Shown here one piece after another: positions 19,212-30,297 of a stretch of 64,000 nt of DNA (the stretch's first letter is position 1; every line of letters begins with the position of its first letter). Both the position numbers and the translations under genes were made by a program. This DNA is from Fimicolochytrium jonesii (taxonomy: Eukaryota): assembly GCF_025526975.1 (NCBI RefSeq), contig NW_026515670.1, forward strand, positions 186,001 through 250,000. Reading direction: 5' to 3'. The notes under the pieces are model-generated. The model worked only from the letters and a program-made list of their open reading frames with translations. It did no database searches and had not been told where the DNA came from.

Positions 19212-21218
19212 TCACTCAACAACAGGCAAACTCGCGAAATGCGCCTTGATCCTCGCAACACGCCTCGGGAGGATGTTGTGGATCGGGTGTGTCGATTGCT
19301 AGCCAAAACAAAAAGAGAATCAATCACCTATCTGCCCCATTCCACATCTCCCATCTCCCCCCCCCCCCCCCCCCCCCGAAAGAACATTACCAGAAGGTTT
19401 TCCTTCACCCCCACAACCACATTCGCCCCCTGCACGACAATATCGTCCTCCTTCTCGTCCCACGCGTAACTGTGTTGCGCGAGAGAGAGGCCGGAGAGGA
19501 CGTAGCACGTGTGGTAGTAGTCGGGGTACCTAAGAAAGGGAAAATGTTATGAGCTCCGAGGGGGTGATGGGGAATGTGGGTATGTGGGTAAGCTTACTTT
19601 TCGGGCTTATCGCGTAACCCGCCCTTTCGGTTCTGGCAGCAGGCGAGGATATATTCCTGCAATCGTTCTTTTCCTCCCATCAATCAGTAAAACCGCAACT
19701 CCCCACGCTCTCGCCCCCCAAAAGTCACTCACAACACAAACCTCGATTGAAAATATCAACCCTCGCCCCACCACGTTTCTCTGATCGCCTCGCCAACGCA
19801 GTCTCCAAGATCGGAAACGCCCCGCCCTGCCAGAACGAATAACAGCCGTCGACGAGCTTGTTGGTCCGGCCTTGGAAGCCGCCTTCGAGGGGGAGTTGGC
19901 GGGACACTAGCCAATGCTATCAAAAAAAATTATAAATCATAAGCAGAGACGCATTTGAGGAAAAAAAGGAGAGAAGGGTGTCTCACGTACGGTTAATAAA
20001 TCGAGATCGAGGATTTCTAACTGGTCGATGAGTTCGAGAGCCGCGACGGCGCAGAACGTGTACCCGCCGTGTGCTTCGTAGCCCGGTGCGCCGCCTATGC
20101 CGCCTTCGTAGGTCTGGCATCTATTATCGGTATCAGAATCACCACCCCATCATAACCAGCCCCCGTGAGAGAAGCACACGTCCTCACCGATGGATAAACG
20201 CCGCGGACCCTTCGTAAAGCTCTGACGTGAGTATGCCGACCAGTTTGGCGGTTGCGAGCGCGCAGTAGATTCCTCTGTGGGAAATATGGTTCATTTCAGT
20301 ACATTGGGTAATGTAACGCGTTATGGATCTTTTTGACGTTACCTGACGTCGACTTCACCGCCCTCGTGCATTGTGTAGGAACCATCTTTATGTTTGAGGC
20401 GGAGGAGGAAGGCGAGGAGGGCTTGTCTGTCATGTACCCATTTCATCAGTGACTGTGATGGTGAGTTCCCTCTGCGACCCGCCAACTCACCGATCAACAA
20501 GATCATAAGCCTCCTCCGTCCCCACAATCGCCAACGCATTCACCCCCGCATACGTCGTCGCCACATGCGGGATCTGCCCTACCCCGCCCCCAAACCCGCC
20601 ATCACTCCAACACCCCTTCAAAACGCGCACGGCACGCCGCCCGACCTCCTCGGGGATCTCGACTCCCAGAAGGGAGAGGGAGTGCAGAAGCCAGTAGACG
20701 ATCCAGGGCTTGGAGGCGTCGAGGGAGACGAACCACCGGGGGAGGGAGGGAAGGGAGGCGAGGAGGTAGGATTTGTGTTGCGGGCGGAGGAGTTTTGTGC
20801 TGTTTTTTGGGGGGGAATCGAGACAATGGCCGGTGGGGTGAGAAAGGGGGGAACGGGTTAACGACGACATCGACTGGATTCATGGAGAAGCCGCGGTTGA
20901 GGGTGTTCGTGCCATCCACCGCCCCGCTCGTCTTATACACCGCAGTGTCCTGCCCATTCCCTCGTACCCCATCTCCGGACCCAAATCGCAAATGCAATCC
21001 ACACAACCCCTTCCGCATATCAAAACCCACCTCTCAAACCCCTCCATTAAACTCTCATACATCTCCCTCACTCCTTCCTCGACATCCCGCTGCAGGTCCG
21101 AGGTTTCGGTCGGGTGGCCGTCGTCGTTGTTGTCTTTATCGTGGGTCGGGGAGGGGATGGTGACGTACTCATCGGAGTCTGAGGGGCGTGGGGAGGAGGG
21201 GGTTTCGAGGATGCGCAT
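19212..21218 (-). CDS. RAM1: Protein farnesyltransferase beta subunit (multi-exon)
   Basis: SKPWIVYWLLHSL, GGFGGGVGQIPHVATTY, GGEVDVR, GGFQGRTNKLVDGCYSFWQ, YHTCYVLSGLS, THPIHNI, separated by GT-AG introns. Confidence 0.93.
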
Positions 21219-21562
21219 GATTCGGGATCAGGGTGGGGTTGGCTGGGCTTTTGAGTCTGAAGGCCGCTCAATTTGAGGTCTCGCTGGACGTCGCCGAGGG
21301 GACGCGTGAAGAAGGGGAATTGCGCAAGATGACGACCACTTCAACGCTCCGGAAACGGTGTTCACAACGCTGTCCGACGGACAAGGGAGCGAGCGATACT
21401 TTGAGGATGGCCAGGGGTCGATCTCAGCGGCGGGCTGGAAGGAGCAATAACTGGGACACTGGGACTCTGTGAAGGAGCAATAATCTCGAGCACGCGTATT
21501 ATTACGGCTAGCGACTTGGGCATTCAGCATCGGAACCCACATCCCCCTCCCCAACGCAAAGC

Positions 21563-22768
21563 ATGCCCAACATGCCCACCCCACCAACCCCCACCAAACC
21601 CTCCAGCGACACAGACTACAACCCCACCCCGCGCCGCAGCACCCGCAAACGCCCCACCTCACCACCGCCGCCCCCAATCTCATCAACAACCCCCACCCGC
21701 CGCCCCAAACGCGCCAGAATCCAAATCGACTCGAATACCTCCATCGAGACGCTGCTGACGAGCAAGAAGAGCAGGTTGGGGAGTGAGGGGTGCGATTTGA
21801 TGGTAAGGGTTGGGGGGTGGGGGCGTGGGGCGGTGTGCTCTGTGTGCACACGATGCTGATGCGATGGGAAACGAATCACGTTGTAGAAATGCTTCACCTA
21901 CGACATCTTCCAAATGTTCACGCCCGCCGAGCAATCCTCCCTCGCGTCCCTCGTCCCGTCCATCGACCTCGCCCAATCACCCCCATCGTCATTATCAACA
22001 ACCCTCCCCGAACGCTTCTTCAACCACAATCGCCACCTCCGCGAAAGCGTGCATGAATTCCAGGCCAACCTCGGGAACGGGTTCTACGAACCGCAGGAGT
22101 GGGAGGCGATGGTGAGGGGGAGGGAAGGGAGCAGGCGGGAGTTTGATGAGTGGAAGGAGCAGCACTATGAGGAGGTGTGGGGCGAGCAGCTGGATCAGGA
22201 TGAGGCTGGGGATGAGGTTGCGAGGTGAGTCTCCAGGTCTTGGTCGCCTTTCACAACGAGAAGAAACACCAAACCGGAACGATGTGTTGCTAACCCATCA
22301 TCTTTTCTACCAATTCTAGCCTCGCAAAAACAATAACCCTAAAAGACATGTGCAAAGCCGGCGTCATCCGCAAAGCCGACCGTCTCCTCTACAAAAAGAA
22401 TTTCGGAGGGAGTCTGAACATCTCCGTCGAGAAAACCGTCACCGTAAGACTCCCTGCCCCCTCTTCCTGGCCCCCTCCCCCTCCCACCCTAACAGCCCCG
22501 TTCCCCTCCCCTTACTCAGATAACGTCAATCCACCCTACAACCCAAACCCTAACCATCCGCTCCGCGCGACTGACCTGGGCAGACATCACCAACCCGACG
22601 CGGTTAGAAACATACATCCTCGACCAGGACGGACGGGTGGCGAAAAGCCGGCGGCCGAACGGGAACGCGTGGAAGAGCATGGTGCTGGTCAGGGGCGCGA
22701 GGGAGGTGGGGAGGTTGGCGGAGTTGAGGGAGGCGGTTGCGAGGGGCCGGCTTCGCGTGCGAGAATAA
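21563..22768 (+). CDS. ASX-homology (DEUBAD) domain protein with C-terminal RAMA-like domain (multi-exon)
   Basis: LLTSKKSRL, EQSSLASLVP, FQANLGNG, FDEWKEQHYEEVWGE, then TLKDMCKAGVI..NPTRLETYIL..NAWKSM. Confidence 0.7.
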
Positions 22769-23296
22769 CGATGCGTTTGGAAGTGACGGTTTCCGCCAAG
22801 ATGCAGATGACGCACCCATACCCCGCCCCATTATCGCAGCCCACGGAACGCGTTACGGCGTTCCGGAGATAGCGGTCGCGCGCTCACTCTCAACGGCGTA
22901 TCACAGAGTCGCTATCTGTCTGTCCGGCGCCATCCCGGTTCCTGTTCACATTAGGTATGGTCCCCCCCGCTTACGGTGAAGAACGCTGACAGGTGCCAGG
23001 TGACACTCCCATGTGCCCAGAGCAACTTACGGTAGATGGGTCCGCATATATGTGGGGGGAGAACATACACGAATGGCGATAGAGCGAACGTAGTCTATGA
23101 GCGAATTTTTATTTCTGTATTTTGGCCGTTCATGCATACAGGAGTAAGGGAAAGCGGAAAAAAAGTTCCAATCGTTTGCATTGCCCAGGAAAGTCTATAA
23201 AATGCGAAATGGTGTGGGTGGTATGCGAGGGGTGGGAATAACAAGAGAATGTTGCATCTAGATGAGTCTTCGGGGGGAGGCGGGGGGGAGGGGACC

Positions 23297-25126
23297 TCAC
23301 AAAAGACAGAAAGCGGACCCAACAACCGTCAGCGCAACGGTCAAGAACGCCGACACACCCATCCGGCCCCCACTGTTGCCCTGACCACCGTTGCCCACGC
23401 CATTCGTGCCACCCGCACCCGTCGTCTTCCAGTTCGTCACGGTGCCCGTCAGGGTCGCGCCGTTCAGTGCACAATCGCCGGTGTACACATCCGGCACAAC
23501 CTCCGCAGTTCCCATCAGCGGGTTGGCAGCGTTATCGCACTGGGCGTTGCTGATACCAACCGGGTTCTCGGTGGCGACGTTGCGGAAGTAGTTGCGGACG
23601 TAGTTGGGGAGGAGGGCGGGTTGGACGATGGAGGCCAGGTCGGCGAGGACGAGGTGGTGGTACGGGACGGCGCTCGAGAACCAGGCGATTCCGCTGCCCT
23701 CGGGGGAGATCTTCTTGTCGGCGGACCAGGCCTCCTTTGTCTGGGTGATGTTGTATTTTGCAACGTCCGCGGCGGCGATGTTGAGGGAGGCGAGGAGGGC
23801 CGCGTTGTCCTTGACGAAGCCGGAGGTGATGAAGATCTCGGAGTTGGCGATCAGGTTCTTGACCGCCTCCGAGGTGGTCGGGGTGGTGGTCAGAGAACTC
23901 TCGGTGACCTTGTCCGCGGTCGTGCCGGTGTTGCCCGCGCCGGCTTTGGCGAACACGGCGCCGGCGTCTTGCAGGTATTGGTACTTGTACGGGGCGCCGA
24001 GGTTGAATTGGGTGACGCCCTTGGTGGGGTCCGGGGTATAAAAGTCGGCCCAGGACGCGTCGGGGGAGCCGTAGGTTTCTGCGGCCTTCTTGGCGGCGGC
24101 GGAGACGCAGTCGTACTGGGTTTTGATCTTTTGGACGGCTTGGTTGGCGGTGTCTTCGGCGTTGAAGAAGGCCGAGAGGAAGAGCAGCCACTCGGACCGG
24201 CCGTACCGGGTCTGGTCGGACACCGCGGGAAAGACGAGGGTCTTGTTGGCGCTCGGGGCTGGGAGGTCACCCCCGGAAATGGTAGCATTGACATTGTTGT
24301 AGGCGGCAATGAAAGCAGCACCTTCCGCGGCGGTCTGGTTGTAGGGATTGATGCTCGTCAAATCTAAAGTGGTGAAGAACGAGTGACCGTGAGTTGGGGA
24401 GATGGGATATGGTCAACGGAGACTCAGACACTGTACATACTGGCACGGTGGATGCATGGGGACGTGATGAGAGACTGGTCGGTGGTGTACTTGATAACGT
24501 TACGGGCACCAAGGATCTCAAGGTAAGCAAGCTCCGTCGTGGAGGTGGTCGCCACGCTCTCAAGGGGGATGGAGAAAACGGTAGCGCCGGGGTAGTTGGC
24601 CAAGAACTCGGGAGTAGGCTTGGCAGTTCCACACTGGTAAAGCACGTAAGTGTGCGGCTTGGTGTACGGGAGCTTGCCGTTGTCGGTAACAATCTTTATG
24701 TTTCCCTGGTACGCGACCGTGAACACATCGTTTGTGCCCTAAGAATGATTTACAGGAAAAAGAGCGTTAGAATTGTGTCTGAGAAACCACACCTCCATTT
24801 CACACTCCACATTTCACGAGTGAAACGACGGTCGGTTGCATGGGTTGATGGATGAAAACAACATCCCTCGCGACGAAGAGGTTGGGTTGCGGTGGGCGGA
24901 CGGTGCTCGCTTTGCTCGCAAAAGGTCTAACGTTCGCTCGGTTACCTACATTCTTAAAAGTCTTCTGCGGGAAATAATCCGTCCCCACGACGGGGTTCGC
25001 AACACATCCCTTCGTGTTTGTCGTGCTCCCCGCAGTCCACTGGGACGTTGCTGGAGCAGTGATAAGTTGGGCGGTCGTGGATGAGACGAGGGCCGCGAGG
25101 GCTAGGAGGGTCGTCGGGGTGTGCAT
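23297..25126 (-). CDS. Secreted/membrane-anchored periplasmic-binding-protein-like protein, CBA1 (cobalamin acquisition) family
   Basis: Signal peptide MHTPTTLLALAALVSSTTA. Motifs DYFPQK, YVLYQCGT, RSEWLLFLSAFFNAE..AN..YDC, WFSSAV..VLADL, YFRNVA. Hydrophobic C-terminal tail. At least 3 exons. Confidence 0.7.
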
Positions 25127-25617
25127 TTTCTGCTCTGAGTCTGTTTTTGAGAGTTGTGATAGGGGGAGGGGAGGGAGATGAGTTTCGTGGGAGTGGGGAG
25201 CGAAGAGGTTGAGACTGAGACGGCGGGAGGTGGGAGGAAGGGAGGCAGGAATACTCACTAGTGCAGTACGTTACTGAGAGGGACTGGGACGACGACGATG
25301 CAGATTGTGTGGGGGAGTGGCAGATTGTTTGTGGAAGAAAAGCAATCTGAGCTGAGTTCTGTCCCGTTTTTTTCCCACTGCCCAGCTGGGGGGGGGGCAG
25401 GCCCACGGAGGGCTTGTGATGGGTAGTTCTTGTGCGCTCTCGTTCCATCGTGTGATCGGAGTTCGAAAAGTTTGCCCTTTCGGGACGCGCCGCTTATTGT
25501 AATGCTAACCTTAATCATTACCAACGGGTTCCTGGTACCGTAGCATGCTGTTTGACGGGCTTTCGACAGGGGAATGAATCATCACATCTATTCCGGCTAA
25601 CAAAACAGAACAAGCCA

Positions 25618-28473
25618 TCAAATAGTGTTAACCAACCCCCTCGCAACAATCCTCAAAATCTCATCACTGCTCTTCCCCACGTTCGCCAGATCCTTCGCAA
25701 CAGCCTGCCATTTCTCCCCGTGCGCAGGTTCAGCGGCTATGCATGCTTTCACGACGTCCTTCTGGCGCTCGTTTTCCCCGGTCGTCGCACCATTCGCACC
25801 GTTCGGAGCAGCACCCGTTCCATTTGACCCCGCTCCGTTCGCACCACCGTGCTGCTGCTCGCCATGCTCCCCCTCAAATTTATACCACCAAGCCCACGAA
25901 TCCCCCAGATCCGGATCCGTCTTCACCGCCCTCCCAAACCAATTCCTCGCCTTGTCCACCTTCCTCTCCGCCCAGAACAGCCTCGCAACCGTAACAACCA
26001 CAACCGGATCGTTCTCACACTTCTTCAGCGCATCCGCACTCCGCGTCTTGCGCTGCGCCCGCGGCTCCATCAGGATCGCTTCCGCCCACAGCATCCCAGA
26101 CGTCGGACACTCCTGCAGCGCTTTGGCGAGCAACGCACGCGCCATCGGCGTGTTGCCCGCGCGCGTCTCGACGCGGACGGCTTCGCACCACAGTTGCGGG
26201 TTCTTGGGGTTCATGATCCGCGCTTTCTCCAGCGTGGCGCGCGCTTTGGTTTGTTGGTGCGTGGACTCTTCGAGACGGGAGAGGAGGAGCCACAGGGGTG
26301 TGGAGGACGGGATGGCGCGGATGGCTTTCGTGTAGGTTTCGCGCGCGGTGACGGGGTCGTTCTTTTCCGCGGATTCGATCTGGCCTTTGATCATGTACAG
26401 TTTGGGCGCGGTGGGGAATTTGGCGATTCCTGTTGCGAGGAGGGTGAGGGCCGCGTCGGGCTGGCCCAGCTGTCGTTCCAGCACCGCTGATTTCATCCAC
26501 ACGCGTTCGGTGTTTGCTTTTTCTCGGGCGGAGGCGAGGAGGATGCGTGCGCGGGCGTATTCTCCCGTCTCGACCTCCAGTTTGATCGCCGCAAGCCAGA
26601 TCTGTTCGCTGTTGGGGTTGGCCGCGAACGCCGCTTCGAGGATACCTTTCGCGGCGGGGATGTCGCCCGCGAGCCATTTCTCCTTCGCGCCCATGAGCCA
26701 GAGGACCTCGGCTTGCGGGCAGTATCGCACGGCTCGTTGCAGGATCTCCTCGAGGGAGTCACGGGTGCCATGGGATTTCTCGAGGAATGCCGCACGACGC
26801 CAGATGGATTTCTTGTGCGGGAACACTTTAAGCGCGTGTGCGTAGATGGCGCGGGCGGTGATATAACTCCCATGCGCGATACACGATTCGGCGTCCTCCA
26901 TCCAAGTAGATTTCCGGTCCTCGTCCTCAACGCCCATCCCGATCGTTTCCGCGATGATAGCCTGGCACGTCGCGACATACCCCTCCTTTTCAGCCGTCTC
27001 GGCTTCCTGGATCCAGTTATCGCGGTTGAGTGTTGACCCCTTTTCCGCGAGGGCTTTGACGGCACGGGAGAGCATGACGTCGACCATTTTGGTGTTACCG
27101 TTCGTTTCGACGAGTTTCGCGCCCGCGAGCCAGATCTCGTGTGATGTGGGGTTCTTGGCACGCGCTTTGTTGATGACTTTCACGGCGTTCTCGTAGGATT
27201 CAAGCCGGGCGAGTGCGAGCCACAATTCGATGGCGAGCGGGATGCATTCGACGGCGCGGGAGAGGAGGATCCGCGCGTCGTCCGGATCCTCTTCCATCGA
27301 CACGGCTGCTTTCCAGAGTTTGACCGAGTTGGGGATGAATTCGAGGGCGCGGCGGAGGACGCGTTTCTTGCCTTTGGGGTCGGACTCGAGGTCGCAGGCT
27401 TTGGACCAGATCTTGACCGACTGGGGGACGTGCCGGATGGCTTGGGCTAGGATGACCTTTGCGTTGTCGGTTGTGTTTAGCCGGGCGGATTCGAGCCAGA
27501 CGTCTTCGCTTGTGGGGCATTCTTCACACCCTTTTGCGATGATTTCCCGTGCTGCGCCTTGTTTGCCTGCGACTTCCTCCAACCGCGCGGCCGCGATCCA
27601 CCCGGGGGCGTGCTTGGGGTTGGTGGCGGTGACGGATCTGAGCAGCGAGCGGGCCTTTTTAATATCACTGATCTCGGCATCGCTCTGAACGACGATGCTG
27701 CTCAGGTCGGTGAGGTAGCCCTTCGGGTCGACAATACTCTGCCCCGCAACCGAGTCAGAGATCTGGTCCAGTTTCAGTCCCAGCACTTTATCACGGGCCT
27801 GCCCAAACTGCGAGAAATCCGTCATGGTCCCGTCCATCGCGCCCGCCGGTGTCGCAAACCCACCCAACAACTGCTGTTTCGCATCCAACGTATTCGTCAG
27901 CGCCGACTGGCTGGACGCTCCAAGCAGCACCGAATCCGGCACCGGCACGTATTTATCTGCAAACTTCTTCTGCCGCTTCCCCTTCCTCACCAGATCCCCA
28001 ACGTCCGGTATACTCGCCCATTCATCTTCACTCACAGCCGCCAACCCCCGTTTAAGATCCGCAAACTGCTGCTGGATCTTCGGCCGTTCCTTCCGGTACT
28101 TCTCCAACTCCTCCCGCTCCCTCGCTTCCCTCCTCGCCCGTCGCCGCTCATCCATCTTCGCATCGACCTCCTCATAGATCCGATCGGCCTCCTCGTCATC
28201 AGCCTCATAGGGCGCCGCATTGAAAAGCCCGGTCTCATTGTCCGGGTCTTGGAACCGCTCATCGTCGTCATCGTCGCCGCCGTTGGAGGGGCCCTTGCCT
28301 TCGGCGGCGGCTTTGGCTTTTTCGAGCGCGGCTTCGGTGGGGCCTTCGCGGGCGGGACCGATGTCGGAGCGGGTGGTGAAGCCGGTTGCGCCGCGGCCGA
28401 GACCGGCGATGTAGTTTGGAGGGGCTTTTTTGTTGAGGAAGTCTGGGACGACTAGTTGTTTGAATTGGTACAT
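25618..28473 (-). CDS. PRP6: Pre-mRNA splicing factor Prp6 (HAT repeats)
   Basis: PPNYIAGLGRGATGFTTRSDIGPAR, ERPKIQQQFADLKR, DPKGYLTDL and HAT repeats. 951 aa, no introns. Confidence 0.97.
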   Translation of the reverse strand: MYQFKQLVVPDFLNKKAPPNYIAGLGRGATGFTTRSDIGPAREGPTEAALEKAKAAAEGKGPSNGGDDDDDERFQDPDNETGLFNAAPYEADDEEADRIYEEVDAKMDERRRARREAREREELEKYRKERPKIQQQFADLKRGLAAVSEDEWASIPDVGDLVRKGKRQKKFADKYVPVPDSVLLGASSQSALTNTLDAKQQLLGGFATPAGAMDGTMTDFSQFGQARDKVLGLKLDQISDSVAGQSIVDPKGYLTDLSSIVVQSDAEISDIKKARSLLRSVTATNPKHAPGWIAAARLEEVAGKQGAAREIIAKGCEECPTSEDVWLESARLNTTDNAKVILAQAIRHVPQSVKIWSKACDLESDPKGKKRVLRRALEFIPNSVKLWKAAVSMEEDPDDARILLSRAVECIPLAIELWLALARLESYENAVKVINKARAKNPTSHEIWLAGAKLVETNGNTKMVDVMLSRAVKALAEKGSTLNRDNWIQEAETAEKEGYVATCQAIIAETIGMGVEDEDRKSTWMEDAESCIAHGSYITARAIYAHALKVFPHKKSIWRRAAFLEKSHGTRDSLEEILQRAVRYCPQAEVLWLMGAKEKWLAGDIPAAKGILEAAFAANPNSEQIWLAAIKLEVETGEYARARILLASAREKANTERVWMKSAVLERQLGQPDAALTLLATGIAKFPTAPKLYMIKGQIESAEKNDPVTARETYTKAIRAIPSSTPLWLLLSRLEESTHQQTKARATLEKARIMNPKNPQLWCEAVRVETRAGNTPMARALLAKALQECPTSGMLWAEAILMEPRAQRKTRSADALKKCENDPVVVVTVARLFWAERKVDKARNWFGRAVKTDPDLGDSWAWWYKFEGEHGEQQHGGANGAGSNGTGAAPNGANGATTGENERQKDVVKACIAAEPAHGEKWQAVAKDLANVGKSSDEILRIVARGLVNTI

Positions 28474-28564
28474 TTTTGCTGTTGGCTCAAACTCCGATTT
28501 GTGCTAGAAGCTGTGGAGTGGGATCAAGTGTGGGTATATATATACGACTTTTCCAATGCAAAAG

Positions 28565-28630
28565 TCCATCATCTTCATCCGCACCTACAACGCCAAAAAC
28601 CAGGAAATCAGCGGTTACATCGACTACGCA
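28565..28630 (+). pseudogene. Isolated exon-like fragment resembling flagellar protein CFAP299
   Basis: SIIFIRTYNAKNQEISGYIDYA resembles the IIFIR..N..GQEISGYIDYA segment recalled for CFAP299. Preceded by an AG and truncated at an inverted repeat. Confidence 0.4.
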
Positions 28631-28734
28631 AAACTCTGTGCCCCCCCTCTAATTGAAATCAATATTGGTCACTCACGTGAATTTGGCGTCGCGACAGTCG
28701 CTGATTTATTTCCGGGGGGGTACAGAGTTTTGCG
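28627..28734. repeat. 21-bp inverted repeat (1 mismatch), MITE-like
   Basis: CGCAAAACTCTGTGCCCCCCC (28627..28647) and GGGGGGGTACAGAGTTTTGCG (28714..28734). No clear target-site duplication. Confidence 0.8.
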
Positions 28735-29329
28735 AGGTGACTGTACATATATTACCCAGATAATACTCGCTGTTCATCGACCTATCAGGCTAAACCGCTG
28801 CGATACACCTATCCCGAATGAGTGTTTGACTTTTGTCGGGTTTACGAGTTAGCAGGTTGGAAAACGGGGGTCTGCAGGCAGATCCCCGCATATACCCCGC
28901 ATATACCCGCGCCTCAGCAGTTGTGCATTACCACTCCCCGTCAAGTACACCTCCCCTCATAGCCCTCCCCACATTTCTCATCTGAGAGCTTCACCGCCAG
29001 AACGCCCCAGTACGCGTACTTATGCTCACACATCTACAATGTCTTCGATTTCGACGATCCGGAATGCTGACCCGCTGGCATCGCGCCGCCAGATGCTTCG
29101 GTGATTGCCCATACGTTTCCGGCATTGCTTGACGCGCCGAGAAGCGGGCCACTGACCATCGGTATGTCTCGTAGCCGCTGTGTCCATATTGCCCGCCGTG
29201 TGCTCTTTCCGGCAACCTATAGGCCTCCGCTCCAGATTTTCATTTTCCCGAAGCCGCTCCAACCACCTCCTCCCCTTCCTCCCCCTTCCCCCGACCCCAT
29301 CGTCCCTGCTTTCGACCCAGCGAACTTCA

Positions 29330-29845
29330 TCACCCCCCATGCAGCGTCGAAATGAAAACAATCACATCCCCGTCTCTCAAGACATAATCCAACTCCCCCT
29401 CCAGTTCCCAGTCCGCATCATTTATCAACACCAAGATTCCCGGTCGTCTAAGAAAAGCAGTAACCGGTATATGAGTTTTTACCATCGGCCCCCAAGCATG
29501 ATAATGGGGGGTTTGTTTTTGGGGGGTACGTACACGGTATCACCCTGCATGAACAGCTCAGCCCGTTCGGTCAGCAGCGTGTCGCGGATGTAAGGGAGGA
29601 GATGGCGGAGTTCTGCTTCCGAGGTTGAAGTTGACTCTGACGGATTGGATTTGGCGTAGTGGGCAAGCAGGTCGGAGGGTGTGGTTTGGAGGGTGAGCTC
29701 TTTTTGATTGGAGAAGAGGAGTTCCATGCCTCCGCTGCGAAGGTGACAAAACGAGGTTAGGCGTGGAAGAGGTTTGACGAACAGGGCAAGCGATGGTATG
29801 GGGGCGAGGTCTGCACCTGAATTGGAGAGTGAGGTTTAGCGTCAT
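29330..29845 (-). CDS. URM1: Ubiquitin-related modifier 1 (3 exons)
   Basis: [43 protein letters not shown]. Confidence 0.95.
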
Positions 29846-30297
29846 TGTGGGTGGTGGGTTTTCTTGGGGATGTAAATAGATGATCCACTCGTCACCACTT
29901 TCCGAATTCTTCTACGTGATCGAAACCACGGGCCTCCAGCCGTAGAGCCGCAAGTGAGTGAGTGAGTGAGTGTCGTTGTTGCCTGGGGGATGCCTGTCCA
30001 CCGCAGCCTGTTCACGTCTTGCCAAACGGGCAGAGTCGACAGGAAGAGAGAGCGGTGAGACTTTGTTCCGGCGACGTTATTCCTCCTCAGACTGCTCCTC
30101 AGATAGAATTCAAGCATCTGGACAGGGCCGGCCAAGCGTACAGTACGCTCCACCCGTAGACCCTGAGCAGTAGTACACTACCGCACTTCCTCTTGGAAGA
30201 AGCATAGACCTGCCTCTTTCTCAGCCTCCGAAGCGCCCGCCGCAGGCATATTCCCGAAGCAACTTTTGGTCTTCACTCGACGTCAAAACGGTACACA

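Noticed and set aside
19357..19378. Long poly-C run
   Set aside because: It lies within an intron of the farnesyltransferase gene and is a simple homopolymer.
23249..28455. Long antisense and alternative-frame ORFs over the CBA1-like gene and PRP6 (likewise over other host genes)
   Set aside because: Expected shadow ORFs of GC-rich coding DNA, with no recognisable motifs.
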